Source: Gemmatimonadales bacterium (GTDB taxonomy: Bacteria; Gemmatimonadota; Gemmatimonadetes; Gemmatimonadales; GWC2-71-9). From it: a stretch of DNA of 64,000 nt. The notes beneath the pieces were generated by a model. That model had not been told where the DNA came from, did no database searches, and worked only from the letters and a program-made list of their open reading frames with translations. The position numbers and the translations under genes were made by a program. Below, piece after piece: positions 50,127-60,400 of the stretch. The stretch lies in assembly GCA_035518815.1 (NCBI GenBank), contig DATIXG010000074.1, forward strand, positions 441 through 64,440. Direction: 5' to 3'. Every line of letters begins with the position of its first letter. Position 1 is the stretch's first letter.

Positions 50127-51263
50127 CTATCGGCGGGCGGCCACCTTCTGTTGTCCGCTCGGCGTCGCGGTTCCAACCGGCTCCCGCTCGTCCATCGGGG
50201 GCTCGCCGATCATGCGCAGGAATTCGTTCGGGCTCGAGCTGACGCGGAGGCACTCCTCCTTGGACACCTCGCGGCCCATGTAGAGCTGGTACAGCGAGTC
50301 GTTCAGGGTCTGCATCCCGTATTTCTTCCCCGCCTGCATCGAGGACTCGATCTGGTGAACCTTGTCGTCCCGGATGAGTGCCCGGATCGCCGGCGTGCAC
50401 ACCATGATCTCCGCGGCCATCACGCGCCCCCGGCCCGTCACCTTCTGCAGCAACGTCTGGGTGAGCACGCCCTCCAGCACGAACGCGAGCTGGGCGCGGA
50501 TCTGCGATTGCTGGTGCGCCGGGAAGATGTCGATGATGCGGTTGATGGTCTCGGCCGCCGAGTTGGTGTGCAGCGTGGCGAAGGCCAGGTGGCCGGTCTC
50601 GGCGATCGTGAGGGCGGCCTGGGTCGTCTCGAGGTCTCGCATTTCGCCCACCAGCACCACGTCGGGATCCTGGCGCAGCGCGTACTTGAGCGCGGCCGCG
50701 AAGCTGTTCGTGTCGGTCCCCACCTCTCGCTGATTCACGATGCAGCTCTGGTGGCGGTGGATGAACTCGATCGGGTCTTCGACGGTGATGATGTGCCCCT
50801 TGAGCTCCCGGTTGATCTTGTCGATCATCGCCGCGAGGGTCGTGCTCTTGCCCGATCCCGTGGGCCCCGTAACCAGCACCAGGCCGCGGGGCCGCTCCGC
50901 CAGCTTTCCCACCACCTGTGGCAGGCCGAGATCGTCGAACGTGCGCACGTTGAAGGGGATCTGCCGGATGACGAGCGAGACACACCCGCGCTGCTTGAAA
51001 CAGTTCCCGCGGAAGCGCGCCAGGTTCTGGATCCCGAAGGAGAAGTCGAGCTCGCTTTCGGTCTCGAAGCGCTTCTTCTGGCTCTCGGTCAGCACCGAGT
51101 AAGCCAACGACAGCGTGTCCTTGGGGGTGAGCACCTCCGCGGTCGAGGCGTTCCCGATGTCGCCGTCGACGCGAAGCTTGGGCCGCTCGCCCGCGACAAT
51201 GTGAAGGTCGGAGGCGTCTTTCTCGATCATCTCTTCCAAGAGCGCCCGGAGGTTCACCGTCAT
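50127..51263 (-). CDS. pilT: Twitching-motility retraction ATPase PilT
   Basis: GPTGSGKSTTLAAMID Walker A, AIRALIRDDKVHQI (PilT AIRNLIRE-type motif); 378 aa. Confidence 0.9.
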   Translation of the reverse strand: MTVNLRALLEEMIEKDASDLHIVAGERPKLRVDGDIGNASTAEVLTPKDTLSLAYSVLTESQKKRFETESELDFSFGIQNLARFRGNCFKQRGCVSLVIRQIPFNVRTFDDLGLPQVVGKLAERPRGLVLVTGPTGSGKSTTLAAMIDKINRELKGHIITVEDPIEFIHRHQSCIVNQREVGTDTNSFAAALKYALRQDPDVVLVGEMRDLETTQAALTIAETGHLAFATLHTNSAAETINRIIDIFPAHQQSQIRAQLAFVLEGVLTQTLLQKVTGRGRVMAAEIMVCTPAIRALIRDDKVHQIESSMQAGKKYGMQTLNDSLYQLYMGREVSKEECLRVSSSPNEFLRMIGEPPMDEREPVGTATPSGQQKVAARR

Positions 51264-52975
51264 GCCGCCGTCTCCTTCACAACTTCGTCGAGTGTGGTAA
51301 TGCCGCGCTTGACCTTCAGCATGCCGTCCATCCGGAGCGTGAGCATGCCGTCCTTCACGGCCTGCTCCCGCAGCTCCTCGGTGGACCCGCCTTTGAGGAC
51401 GAGGCGCCGCAGGTGGCTACTCATGGCCATCACTTCGTACAGACCCTGGCGACCCTTATAGCCGGTCTCGTTGCAGGTATCGCAGCCCTGTCCCTTGAAG
51501 AACGTGAGCTTCGCCGCCTCGGCGACGGCGATCCCCAATGCGTGCAGCTCCTCATCCGAATATTTGCGCTCGGCCTTGCAGTTGCTGCAGATGCGCCGGA
51601 CCAGCCGCTGCGCCACGATGATGTTCACCGCGCTCGCCACGTTGAACGGCTCGATGCCCATGTCGATCATGCGCGTCACCGTCGACGGGGCGTCGTTCGT
51701 GTGCAGCGTGGACAGCACGAGGTGGCCCGTCAGCGCGGCCTTGATCGCGATGGACCCCGTCTCCATGTCCCGGATCTCGCCGACCATGATGATGTTCGGG
51801 TCCTGGCGCAAAAACGCCTTGAGCGCCGCCGCGAACGTCATCCCGACCTCGTTCCGCACGAGCACCTGATTGATGCCCATGAGGTTGTACTCGACCGGGT
51901 CCTCGGCCGTCATGATGTTCACTTCCATCGTGTTGATGCGCGACAGGGCGGAGTACAGCGTCGTGGTCTTGCCCGACCCCGTCGGACCCGTGACGAGCAC
52001 CATCCCGTACGGATTGAGAATCGCCCGCATCAGGTCCTGCTCGGCCTTTTGCTCGAAGCCGAACTTGGTCAGGTCGAGCGCCAGGTTGCCCTTGTCCAGA
52101 ATTCGCAACACGACCTTCTCGCCGAACAACACCGGCAGCGTCGACACGCGGAAGTCGATCACCCGGCTGCCCATCTTGAGCTTGATGCGCCCGTCCTGAG
52201 GGATGCGCCGTTCGGCGATGTTCAGAGCGGCCATGATCTTGACGCGCGAGGTGAGCGCCGCGCGCATCTTGATCGGCGGCTTCATGACCTCCTGTAGGGC
52301 CCCATCGATCCGGTACCGGACGCGCATCTCGTGCTCGAACGGCTCGATATGAATGTCCGACGCGCCACGGTTCACTGCGTCGGTGAGCAGTCCATTGATG
52401 AGCTTCACAACCGGCGCGTCGTCCGCCAGATCCTGCGCTTTGACATCCTCGTCCTGCGCCTCTTCGACGACCTCCAGGTCTTCCGCCGCTTCCACGCTCT
52501 TGAGGAGGCTCTGCAGCCGCACATCGCCCTGCTGGTAGTACCGCTCAATCGCGTTGCGCAGCGTGTACTCCCCGGCGATGACCGGAAAGACGTCGCAACG
52601 CGTGATGAACTTGATGTCCTCGATGGCGGTGACGTTGTTCGGGTCGACAATCGCGATCGTGAGCGTCCGCCCCTCGCGCTTCAAGGGCAGAACGGTGTGT
52701 TTGAGCGCGATGTCCCCGGGCAGGAGCTTGAGGATCCTGGGCTCCACCTCAAAGCGCGACAGGTCGACCGCCGGCATCCGGTACTGGCGGGCGAGCATCT
52801 TGGTGACCTCGGTTTCCTCGATGAAGCCGAGCTTCACCAAGGTGTAGCCGAGGCGCATCCCCGAGTTCTTTTGCTCGAGGAGGGCCTTTCTCAGCTGGTC
52901 CTGGGTTATCAGGCCTTCGCGGACGAGAATGTCGCCCAGCTTGTCCGAGGTGGCCGCTGCGGTCGCCGTATGCAA
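51260..52975 (-). CDS. pilB: Type IV pilus extension ATPase PilB
   Basis: N-terminal GSPII_E_N-type repeat (LGDILVREGLITQDQLRKAL), GPTGSGKTTTLYSAL, tetracysteine CSNC...CDTC. TTG start at 52975 with no nearby ATG. Confidence 0.9.
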   Translation of the reverse strand: MHTATAAATSDKLGDILVREGLITQDQLRKALLEQKNSGMRLGYTLVKLGFIEETEVTKMLARQYRMPAVDLSRFEVEPRILKLLPGDIALKHTVLPLKREGRTLTIAIVDPNNVTAIEDIKFITRCDVFPVIAGEYTLRNAIERYYQQGDVRLQSLLKSVEAAEDLEVVEEAQDEDVKAQDLADDAPVVKLINGLLTDAVNRGASDIHIEPFEHEMRVRYRIDGALQEVMKPPIKMRAALTSRVKIMAALNIAERRIPQDGRIKLKMGSRVIDFRVSTLPVLFGEKVVLRILDKGNLALDLTKFGFEQKAEQDLMRAILNPYGMVLVTGPTGSGKTTTLYSALSRINTMEVNIMTAEDPVEYNLMGINQVLVRNEVGMTFAAALKAFLRQDPNIIMVGEIRDMETGSIAIKAALTGHLVLSTLHTNDAPSTVTRMIDMGIEPFNVASAVNIIVAQRLVRRICSNCKAERKYSDEELHALGIAVAEAAKLTFFKGQGCDTCNETGYKGRQGLYEVMAMSSHLRRLVLKGGSTEELREQAVKDGMLTLRMDGMLKVKRGITTLDEVVKETAA

Positions 52976-53020
52976 CTCGTTGAAATAGAACGACCTAAAA
53001 TAGGTTGTGGCGAAGACGTG

Positions 53021-53443
53021 TCAATGGGCGGGCGGCTCCACCCCCGAAAAAGTGACGAAACGACGCACCACGTCCAGCAGGCGGGGGCCGACCCCCGGCA
53101 CGCTGTCCAGGCGTTCAAGACTGCCAAACGGACCGTGTTCGGTGCGCCAGGCGACGATCCGCTCTGCCAGTGAGGGCCCGACGCGAGGGAGGCGCGTGAT
53201 CTCCGTCACGTCCGCGCGGTCGAGGTCCACCCGCTCGCCTGGCAGGAGCGGGCGGGAGAGGCGTTCGGCGGTGTGCGCGCGTTGCGCGAGGCCGCTCTCG
53301 GGCGGTGTGTCCACCGGCATGAGCCTCACGTCGCCCGGGGCGGCTGCGGCGGACTGTCCCGTCCGAGGCGAGAGGCCGTAGCGCACCCCCGCGCCCACGA
53401 GGGCGAGCGCGCTCAAGAGCAGGGCGGCACGGCGGTCGTCCAT
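53021..53443 (-). CDS. comEA: ComEA-like helix-hairpin-helix DNA-binding protein
   Basis: TM anchor, then VDLDRADVTEITRLPRVGPSLAERIVAWRTEHGPFGSLERLDSVPGVGPRLL (tandem HhH). ATG 53443; the track ORF is over-extended to 53506. Confidence 0.75.
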   Translation of the reverse strand: MDDRRAALLLSALALVGAGVRYGLSPRTGQSAAAAPGDVRLMPVDTPPESGLAQRAHTAERLSRPLLPGERVDLDRADVTEITRLPRVGPSLAERIVAWRTEHGPFGSLERLDSVPGVGPRLLDVVRRFVTFSGVEPPAH

Positions 53444-53502
53444 GGAGCCAATGTGACGGTGCGCCCGTACACAGCGGTACCCGTTCTGCGCGGGGAGCGC
53501 CG

Positions 53503-53548
53503 GCAAATTGCCGAAGTCGGAAGGCGGAAGGCGGAACAGAACGAACCG
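53503..53548 (-). other. Nested hairpin with GGAAGGC repeats downstream of the M28 gene
   Basis: gaagtcggaa (53503-53512) pairs with ttccgacttc (53539-53548). Inner pair cggaac/gttccg. ggaaggc occurs twice in tandem. Adjacent palindrome cggcaaattgccg at 53491-53503. Confidence 0.3.
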
Positions 53549-53571
53549 TTCCGACTTCCACGTTCCGCGTT

Positions 53572-54480
53572 CTAGCGCACCAGCGCCACAGCAACATCTC
53601 CAACGATTTGGAGGGACGCCGCGCTCACCTTGTCGATCGTATCCTCGGTCGTGTGCCAGTAGGGATAGTCGAAGTCGACCACGTCGATGGCATGCACGCC
53701 TGCCTTCTGGAGCGACACGTGATCGTCGATCAGCGTGTGCCGGACGCCCGGCCGGAACTGCGCGCCGTGGCCGATGTCGTGGGCGACGCGCCAGACGCGA
53801 TCCACCACCTCGGGCGCCGTCGCTTGCGAGTTTCCTTCGTAGTAGATCTCGAGGTTCTTGTCGCCGACCATGTCGAACAACACGGCGTAGAGCGGCGCGT
53901 ATCCCGCAGGCTGGTGCGCGGCAAAGTAGCGGGACCCGATCAGGACGTCGGTCGAATCCGCGAAGTCGCCGTAGTCCTCGCCGTCGACGAACAGCAGGTC
54001 CACGCCGAGCGCGGGTGGGGTGGCCTTGAGCGCGTCCGCCACACCCAGGAGGACGGCGACGCCCGAGGCGCCATCGTTCGCGCCCGGCACCGGCATGCGC
54101 TGAGCGGCGAGGTTGGCGCTCTGGTCGGCATGGGGGCGCGTGTCCCAGTGAGCGAGGAACAGCACGCGCTCGGTGGCGGCGGGGCGGAAACGACCGAGGA
54201 AGTTCCGCAGCGCGAGCTTCGATCCGCGTTTCGTGACGTGCGTGAAGGCCTGGACCACGACGGTATCCGCGCTCGCGCGCAACCGCTCGAGGATCCAGTC
54301 GCCGGTCTGCTCGTGGGCCGGGGTTCCCGGCACGCGCGGTCCGAACTCGACTTGCCGGCGCAGGTACTCGAACGCCCGCTGGCCGTCGAACTTCTGCCCT
54401 CCTCCCGACCGCGCCCCCCCCGACCCCGCCCGGCAGGCGAGCAGCAGTCCCACCACCGCCAATCGCGCGGCCCGGCTCAC
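53572..54480 (-). CDS. M28-family zinc enzyme, glutaminyl-cyclase-like lipoprotein
   Basis: Lipobox LLLAC, then AHWDTRPHAD, GANDGASGVAVLLGVA, LLFVDGEDYG, YWHTTEDT (M28 metal-ligand blocks; DGED resembles cyclase-type more than AEE aminopeptidase-type). GTG 54480 overlaps the upstream TGA. The track ORF is over-extended to 55083. Confidence 0.7.
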   Translation of the reverse strand: MSRAARLAVVGLLLACRAGSGGARSGGGQKFDGQRAFEYLRRQVEFGPRVPGTPAHEQTGDWILERLRASADTVVVQAFTHVTKRGSKLALRNFLGRFRPAATERVLFLAHWDTRPHADQSANLAAQRMPVPGANDGASGVAVLLGVADALKATPPALGVDLLFVDGEDYGDFADSTDVLIGSRYFAAHQPAGYAPLYAVLFDMVGDKNLEIYYEGNSQATAPEVVDRVWRVAHDIGHGAQFRPGVRHTLIDDHVSLQKAGVHAIDVVDFDYPYWHTTEDTIDKVSAASLQIVGDVAVALVR

Positions 54481-57400
54481 CGGATCTGACCGACGTTGGT
54501 CGAGAAATTCACGAACAGGGTGACGCCGAGCTGCCCGGTTTTGTGGTTCGTCTGACGCTCGTCGTTCAGCTGGTACGCCATCTGGAACCCCGCGGTCAGA
54601 GAGGGAGGGAAAGCGGTATCGAGTGTAAGCTGTGCCTGCCGCTGCCTCGTGTCCACGTACGGGACGCAGGTCATCTGCGCCGCCGTCTGAAGGCAGGTGG
54701 TGTTGGCGCTCGCGTGGTAGGTCGCGTTGGCGCGAATGGAGCCCTTGAGGCGCATGATCACCGATGGCGGACGGAAAGAGAAGATCAGCGAGGCGTTCTC
54801 GACGCTGGCGCTCGTATGGAACAGGTTGCCGGCGTTGAGTGCATCGCTCGTGGTCTGCGACAGGTCGTAGGATGTGGAGACGCCGCCCGGCCAGGTGAGC
54901 GTCACCGCCGGCCCGATCGCGGTCTCCGTGGTCTGGGTGCTCGAGACCGCGGCCCCTCCCCCGAACAGCGCCTGCGCGGCGTCCGTCTCGCGACGGCGGT
55001 AGGTCAGGCGGGCGGAGAGCCCCCGGATCACCCAGCGAGTCCCCGACGGGGTGAGATTCCACGTCACGACCCCCGACGGCCATTCGACGTTGCTGGTCTG
55101 AAGCGGGACCTGCTCGCCCCCCCGGACCACCCAGGTGATGCCCCGCGTCCGCAGGTAGTTCGCCGTGAGCTTGAGACCGAGCACGAGGTCCAGGGCACCC
55201 GCCGCGTTGAGATTCAAGTTGTCCGACGCCGACCCGGCCAGGAGGTCCCCCTGCTTGCGGAAATCGTCGATCCCGCCGAGGGCCAACTGATAGCTCAACG
55301 GCGGCACGTCGGGCGCCCCGAAGTAGCTCGAGCTGTAGCCGCGGCCGTAGGACACGTCGAGGTTCGACAGGCGGCCCAGGAGTTGGGTCGCGGTGGCTTT
55401 CTCACCGAACACCCGCTGCCCGAGCCGGCGCACGTCGAGCTGGGCGCCTACGTTCGCTCGGCGCGAATTGCTGTAGGCCGTCGGGATGTGGAATCCGCCG
55501 GCGGTGTCGCCGATGTCGCGCACCGGGGCGGCGGCGTTGGGATCGCGGTTGAACGTGAAGACCGTCGTGAGCGTGAACCGCGGCCGCAGCCAGTCGCTCA
55601 CCCGGGGGGTGAGACCGAGGAACGTATTCATGGCCCGCTGGGTCTCGATGCCGGCGTTCAGCCCGAGGAACGTCTGGCTCTCCTGCTGCACCAGGCGTCC
55701 GCGCGTGGTCGTATCGCCGTAATCTCGCAGGTCGCGGCCCGAGCTGAGCGCGCCGCGGAGCTGCACGGCGGTCACGGGCAAGAAGTCCAGGCCCCCGGAC
55801 GTGCGCCACACCTTGCTCTGAGACAACGCGGGGGCGAGCAGTGAATCGGTCGGCAGGGCAATCGGCACGCCGTAGGTGAAGCGGGACCCATCCGCGCCCG
55901 CCAAGGTCGATTGCAGGCGGACGGCGCTGGGCGTGACGCGCACCCCCGCCAGCCTGATCGAACCTGGCAAGAGGGCGTAGTCGACCGAGCCGGCGTAGGA
56001 GGACGCCTTGGCGTACGTCAGATCGCTCCGCGTGCTGCCGTTCAGATACGAGCCGGACAACGCGAACGGGTCGAGGATGTAGCGCATCAACGCCGAGTTC
56101 GAGCGCCGGGCATGACGCAGCGTCGCCGCGTAGCTCATGGCCGTGGACTGCGGCGTGCGCAAGGCCCCGCCGAGCGCCGCCGCCTGAATGTCGGTCCCGG
56201 ACAGGTAGAACGGATCGCTCGCCGTCCGCGCATAGCGCACTGAGATCGGCAGCACCACGCCCCAGCGGTCGGGCAGGAAGCGCTGCATCTGGATCGTGCC
56301 CCCCATGCTGAGCCCGTTGTCGGTGGAGTAGCTCGGATCCTCCGCCAGCTGGCGGAACTGGTCGTCCTTGTGCGACACACTGAGCGCGAAGTCGCCGACG
56401 TCGGCCGCGATCAGCGTGAGGTCGAGCGCGGCCGCGGTCCCCGCGTCCTGGACGACGTCGCTCAGGCGGATGTCGTCCACCCACAGCTCCGCCTGATCGA
56501 CAGTGGTGTGCGTGTCCACGCGCCAGATGCCCGCCGCGAGCTCCCGGACGGCGGCGAGATTGGGCGGGCCGGTGGCGGGATCGCGCACGTGGATGACGTA
56601 GGGACCGTCGCACATCACGTAGGCGGAATCCGACGGGACGAGCACGCTGTCGGGGCAGCCGGGGTACACGTGTGGCAGCTCGCCTTTGAGCCACGCCTGT
56701 TCGACGCTCGCCCGGAGCGCGAGCCAGCGACTGAAATCCACCACGGCTTCCGGCTCCCATGTCGTGACGTGCGCGGGCGCGTGATAGAAGTAGAAGTTGT
56801 CGGCGTCTTTCGCGACCTTGATGTAGAAGTGGAGGTCGCCCTCCTCCCACCCCGCCCCGCGGCCGCGCGCCCACACGCGCATACGGCGGTACTTGAGGAA
56901 GTTCTTGTCACCCACCGTGGTGAACTGCAGGAACGCCTCCGCGCGCTGCCCGCGCTCGAGCCCGCTGCCCAGCACGCGGAGCGAGCGCTCATTGATCTGC
57001 GTCGCCCCGATCTGGACGCCTGCGTCCACACGGGACGCCTCGTCGGTGACGCCGGGCGGTGGCGTGTAGCCGAGGTCCACGTTCTCCGTGCTCACGGTCG
57101 AGGCCACCACGTCGCCCGTGCCCGTCGCGTCGCTCCCGCTGATGCCGCGCAGCGGTGTGTCGGCGCGCTTGAGCCAGGTCGCGCCGACCAGGCGCACGCG
57201 GGAGAGGCCGAAGTACACCTGGGGGTCGGGTCGGCCCGCCGGGGCCGTGTGCGGCGCCACGACCGTGATGCGCACGTCCTGCACCTGGCGCAGCGACGGC
57301 GTGCCCTGGACGAGCGTATCGGTCCGGAAGGGAATGCGGTAGAGGCGCCAGCCGGCGAATCCGTCGGGATTGCCGAGGGAGTCCTTCGCTGGCGTCATGC

Positions 57401-60400
57401 CGCCGTCGCGGACGTAGTAGCGGTCGTCGCCGATCGCGAACACGTACCGCACGAAGCTCTCGGACGTTCGCACGCCCGCCGCCGAGTCCAGCTGGAAGTC
57501 GCCGTCCCCATCCTCGGTGTCGATCGCGTCGTTGTGGCGCCCGCACCGGGAGCGCAGGTCGCCGAATCCGTAGTGCGCGATCGTGCCGTTCACCGATGCG
57601 CTGCACAGCGGCAGCGTGTCGACCAGGGCGCCGGTGGTCGCATTCCAGATCCCGTCCACCACGCGATCGGTCAGGATGCCCTCATCGTTGATGGCGGCAT
57701 TCCAGGAGCGCGTGAGCAGGTCGGACTCGGTATCGAGCCGCCCCACACCGGCACGATGGTAACCGCCGTACGTCGTGTCTCCCCCGGTGACCGTGAGGGT
57801 CTCCGGCACGAACGCCGTGGCGTCCTCGAAGACCGAGCCGAAGTCGATCAGCAGCGCGGTCTGGTTGGCCTTCGCGGTGCGGTGGCTGTCTTCCCACACC
57901 CACAGCTCGAGGTACTCGACGCGGGAGAGATCGATGCCCGTCGGCGCGAGCACCTGCGAGATGGAGCGCCAGCGCGGGCCGTCCTGATGCGGCCGGACCC
58001 AGTTGGGCAGGCCCGTCGTCGCGTTCGCGAGTCCGAGCACCGTATCGGGCTTGAGCATGATCCACAGCGCGGGCTCTTCCGACTGGGCCTGCCCCACGGT
58101 GCGGATCGTCGGATCGATCTGTTGCGCGGAGAACTGGACAGGCGAGCCGTCCCGATTGTACGGCACGCTCTGCCAGGTGAGCGCCGCGGCGTTGACGGTG
58201 TCGAAGGGCACGCCGCTGAATCCGTACGGCTCCGCGCCGCGCGTCGTGGTCGGAAGGCTGCCCCAGTGCCAGGCCGCGTCGTCCAGCGTGAGAAAGCGGC
58301 CGGACTCGCCCTCGAAGTCCTCGACCGTCGCCTCGCCGAGCGGATTGGGCCGGGGGCGCGACCGGGCGACCTCCGCGGAGACGTTGAGAAACGACGGCGC
58401 CTGGGTGTGGAGGCCCGGCAGCGCGTCGAGCGCCCGAGTGACCCAGTCGGGCTTGAAGTGCAGCTCGGTGGAGATGCCCCCGATGAAATTCGACGAGGGC
58501 TCGGAGCCGAGCGGGGGCCGCGTGAACGCGCTCTGCTGCCGCTGGAACAGGCCCGTGAGGTTCACTTCGCCGCGTTCGCCCAGATCGTAGCGCGCGGCAA
58601 GTCCGTAGATGGATGTGGGGGCGACGGCGAATGCCGCGCGCTCCTCGAACCGAGCCTGGACCTGGGTCGCGCCGCCGGTGAACAGCGAATCGGGATTCCT
58701 GAACAACACCGTGCCGGTCGCGTAGTCGATGGTGTAGTCATCGCCGCGCGCGAGCTGCCGGCCGCCGACCGTGATGCGCTCGCTTCCCTCGCGGATCTGA
58801 AAGCTGTTCAGCGACAGCGAGCCCCGGTCCCCTTCGAGCGACGCGCTGGCGTGCAGGACCAGGGAGAAGATGGCGGGTGAACCCTGCGTGAGCAGCAGCA
58901 CGCGCGGGGTCCGGTACAGCGAATCGTTCCGCTCGCCGGCCGCGAGCTTCGTGGAGTCGGCGAACGGCGTGAGGTGCGGAAAAATGATGAAATAGTCCCG
59001 CACGGGCGATCCCTGATCCGGGTCGCGCGCGCGGGGAAACAGGCGATTGTATTCGTCGAACTTGGTCGGGTCGGACGGCAGCGCGAGTCCCAGACGCGCG
59101 AGATAGGTCTCGCCGGTGGTGAGCGTCTTCTCGCGCTGGTTCACGGTCAACGTCAGCCGGACCGTTTCGCGCGTGATCTCGGCGCCCCCCACCCGATATG
59201 CGCTGCGAATCTCGAACCGAAACGACGGCGCGGCGGCGGTGAGCGCAGGCCGTGGATCGTACACGAGGCGCAGGGTGTCGACCACCGTCGGATTGGGATT
59301 CGCGACGATCGGATACGTACCGACGCACGGGCTGCCAATCCCGCACCCCTCCTGGCCAACCGGGACGTACGACACGGCCAGGTAGTCGCTCTGATCGAGC
59401 CGCGTGGCGAGTGCGAACCATTCGCCGCTCGGGTCGACGTAGTAGTCCTTCCCTTCCTGGAGCACCTCCCACTGGAAGGGTCCGGCGCGCTGCGCGGTGC
59501 AGTCCACGGCGAGCACGGTACCCGCGCCGCAGGCGACCGCGCGGACGCCGCCGATGTTCTGGTTGATGACCGAGGTGGGCGACGTGGCGCGCAGGCGATA
59601 TACGCGGAGGCTGCCGACGCGTACGTTGGTAGGGAGCGCGGCGGGATCGAGGTTCAACACGTCCACCGCGGGGTATCCGGGCACGAGCGCGGGGTCCACC
59701 GTGAAGAAGAAGCGTCCCGGCTCGTACTCCGCGTCGCGGGCCACGCGGTCCACCGGCTCGGTCGTCGTCTGTCCGATGGTGAACGTGCGGTCCTGCACCA
59801 CGCTGCCTTTCTGCTCCGCGTAGATGCCGCGCAGCTCGAGCGCCCCGATCTGCGCGACGGCCTGCACGCCGAAGTTGTTGGCCGGGATCGCGGCCGAGAT
59901 GAAGCGCGAGCGCGGCATCTGGAACGTCACGTTGCCGGCCTCGACGCGGCGCAACACCTCGTCCTCGAGGCCTTCGTACCACACCTGGATGTTGTTGTTG
60001 GCGTCGAACTCGCGCTGGCTGTCGAAGTCGACGTTCACATGGAGCCGCTGGGCCACGGTGCCACCCGTGCGGATGGCGTACTGCGGCGTCGGCGTGATGG
60101 TCGGAAACCCGGGACTGCACCCCGAGAGCGCCTGCAGCTCGTCCAGTGACGAGCAGCGGAGGTTGCGGAACTGATCGGCCTTGAGCTCGAAGCGGAGATT
60201 GAGCTGCATGCCGATATCGGCATAGGGTCCGAGCAACCCGCGATGCGTCGCGGGAGGGGGCGTTGGGGGGGCGGCCCCGGCCGATTCCGCCGCCGCGCGG
60301 GCGGCGAGCGCGGCGAGAACGGCCGCGGACGCGAGGGCGCCGGTTTGAAACGACAGCGACGCGCGCACGCGCGCTTCCCACGCGGCTGCGGCGAGCTCGG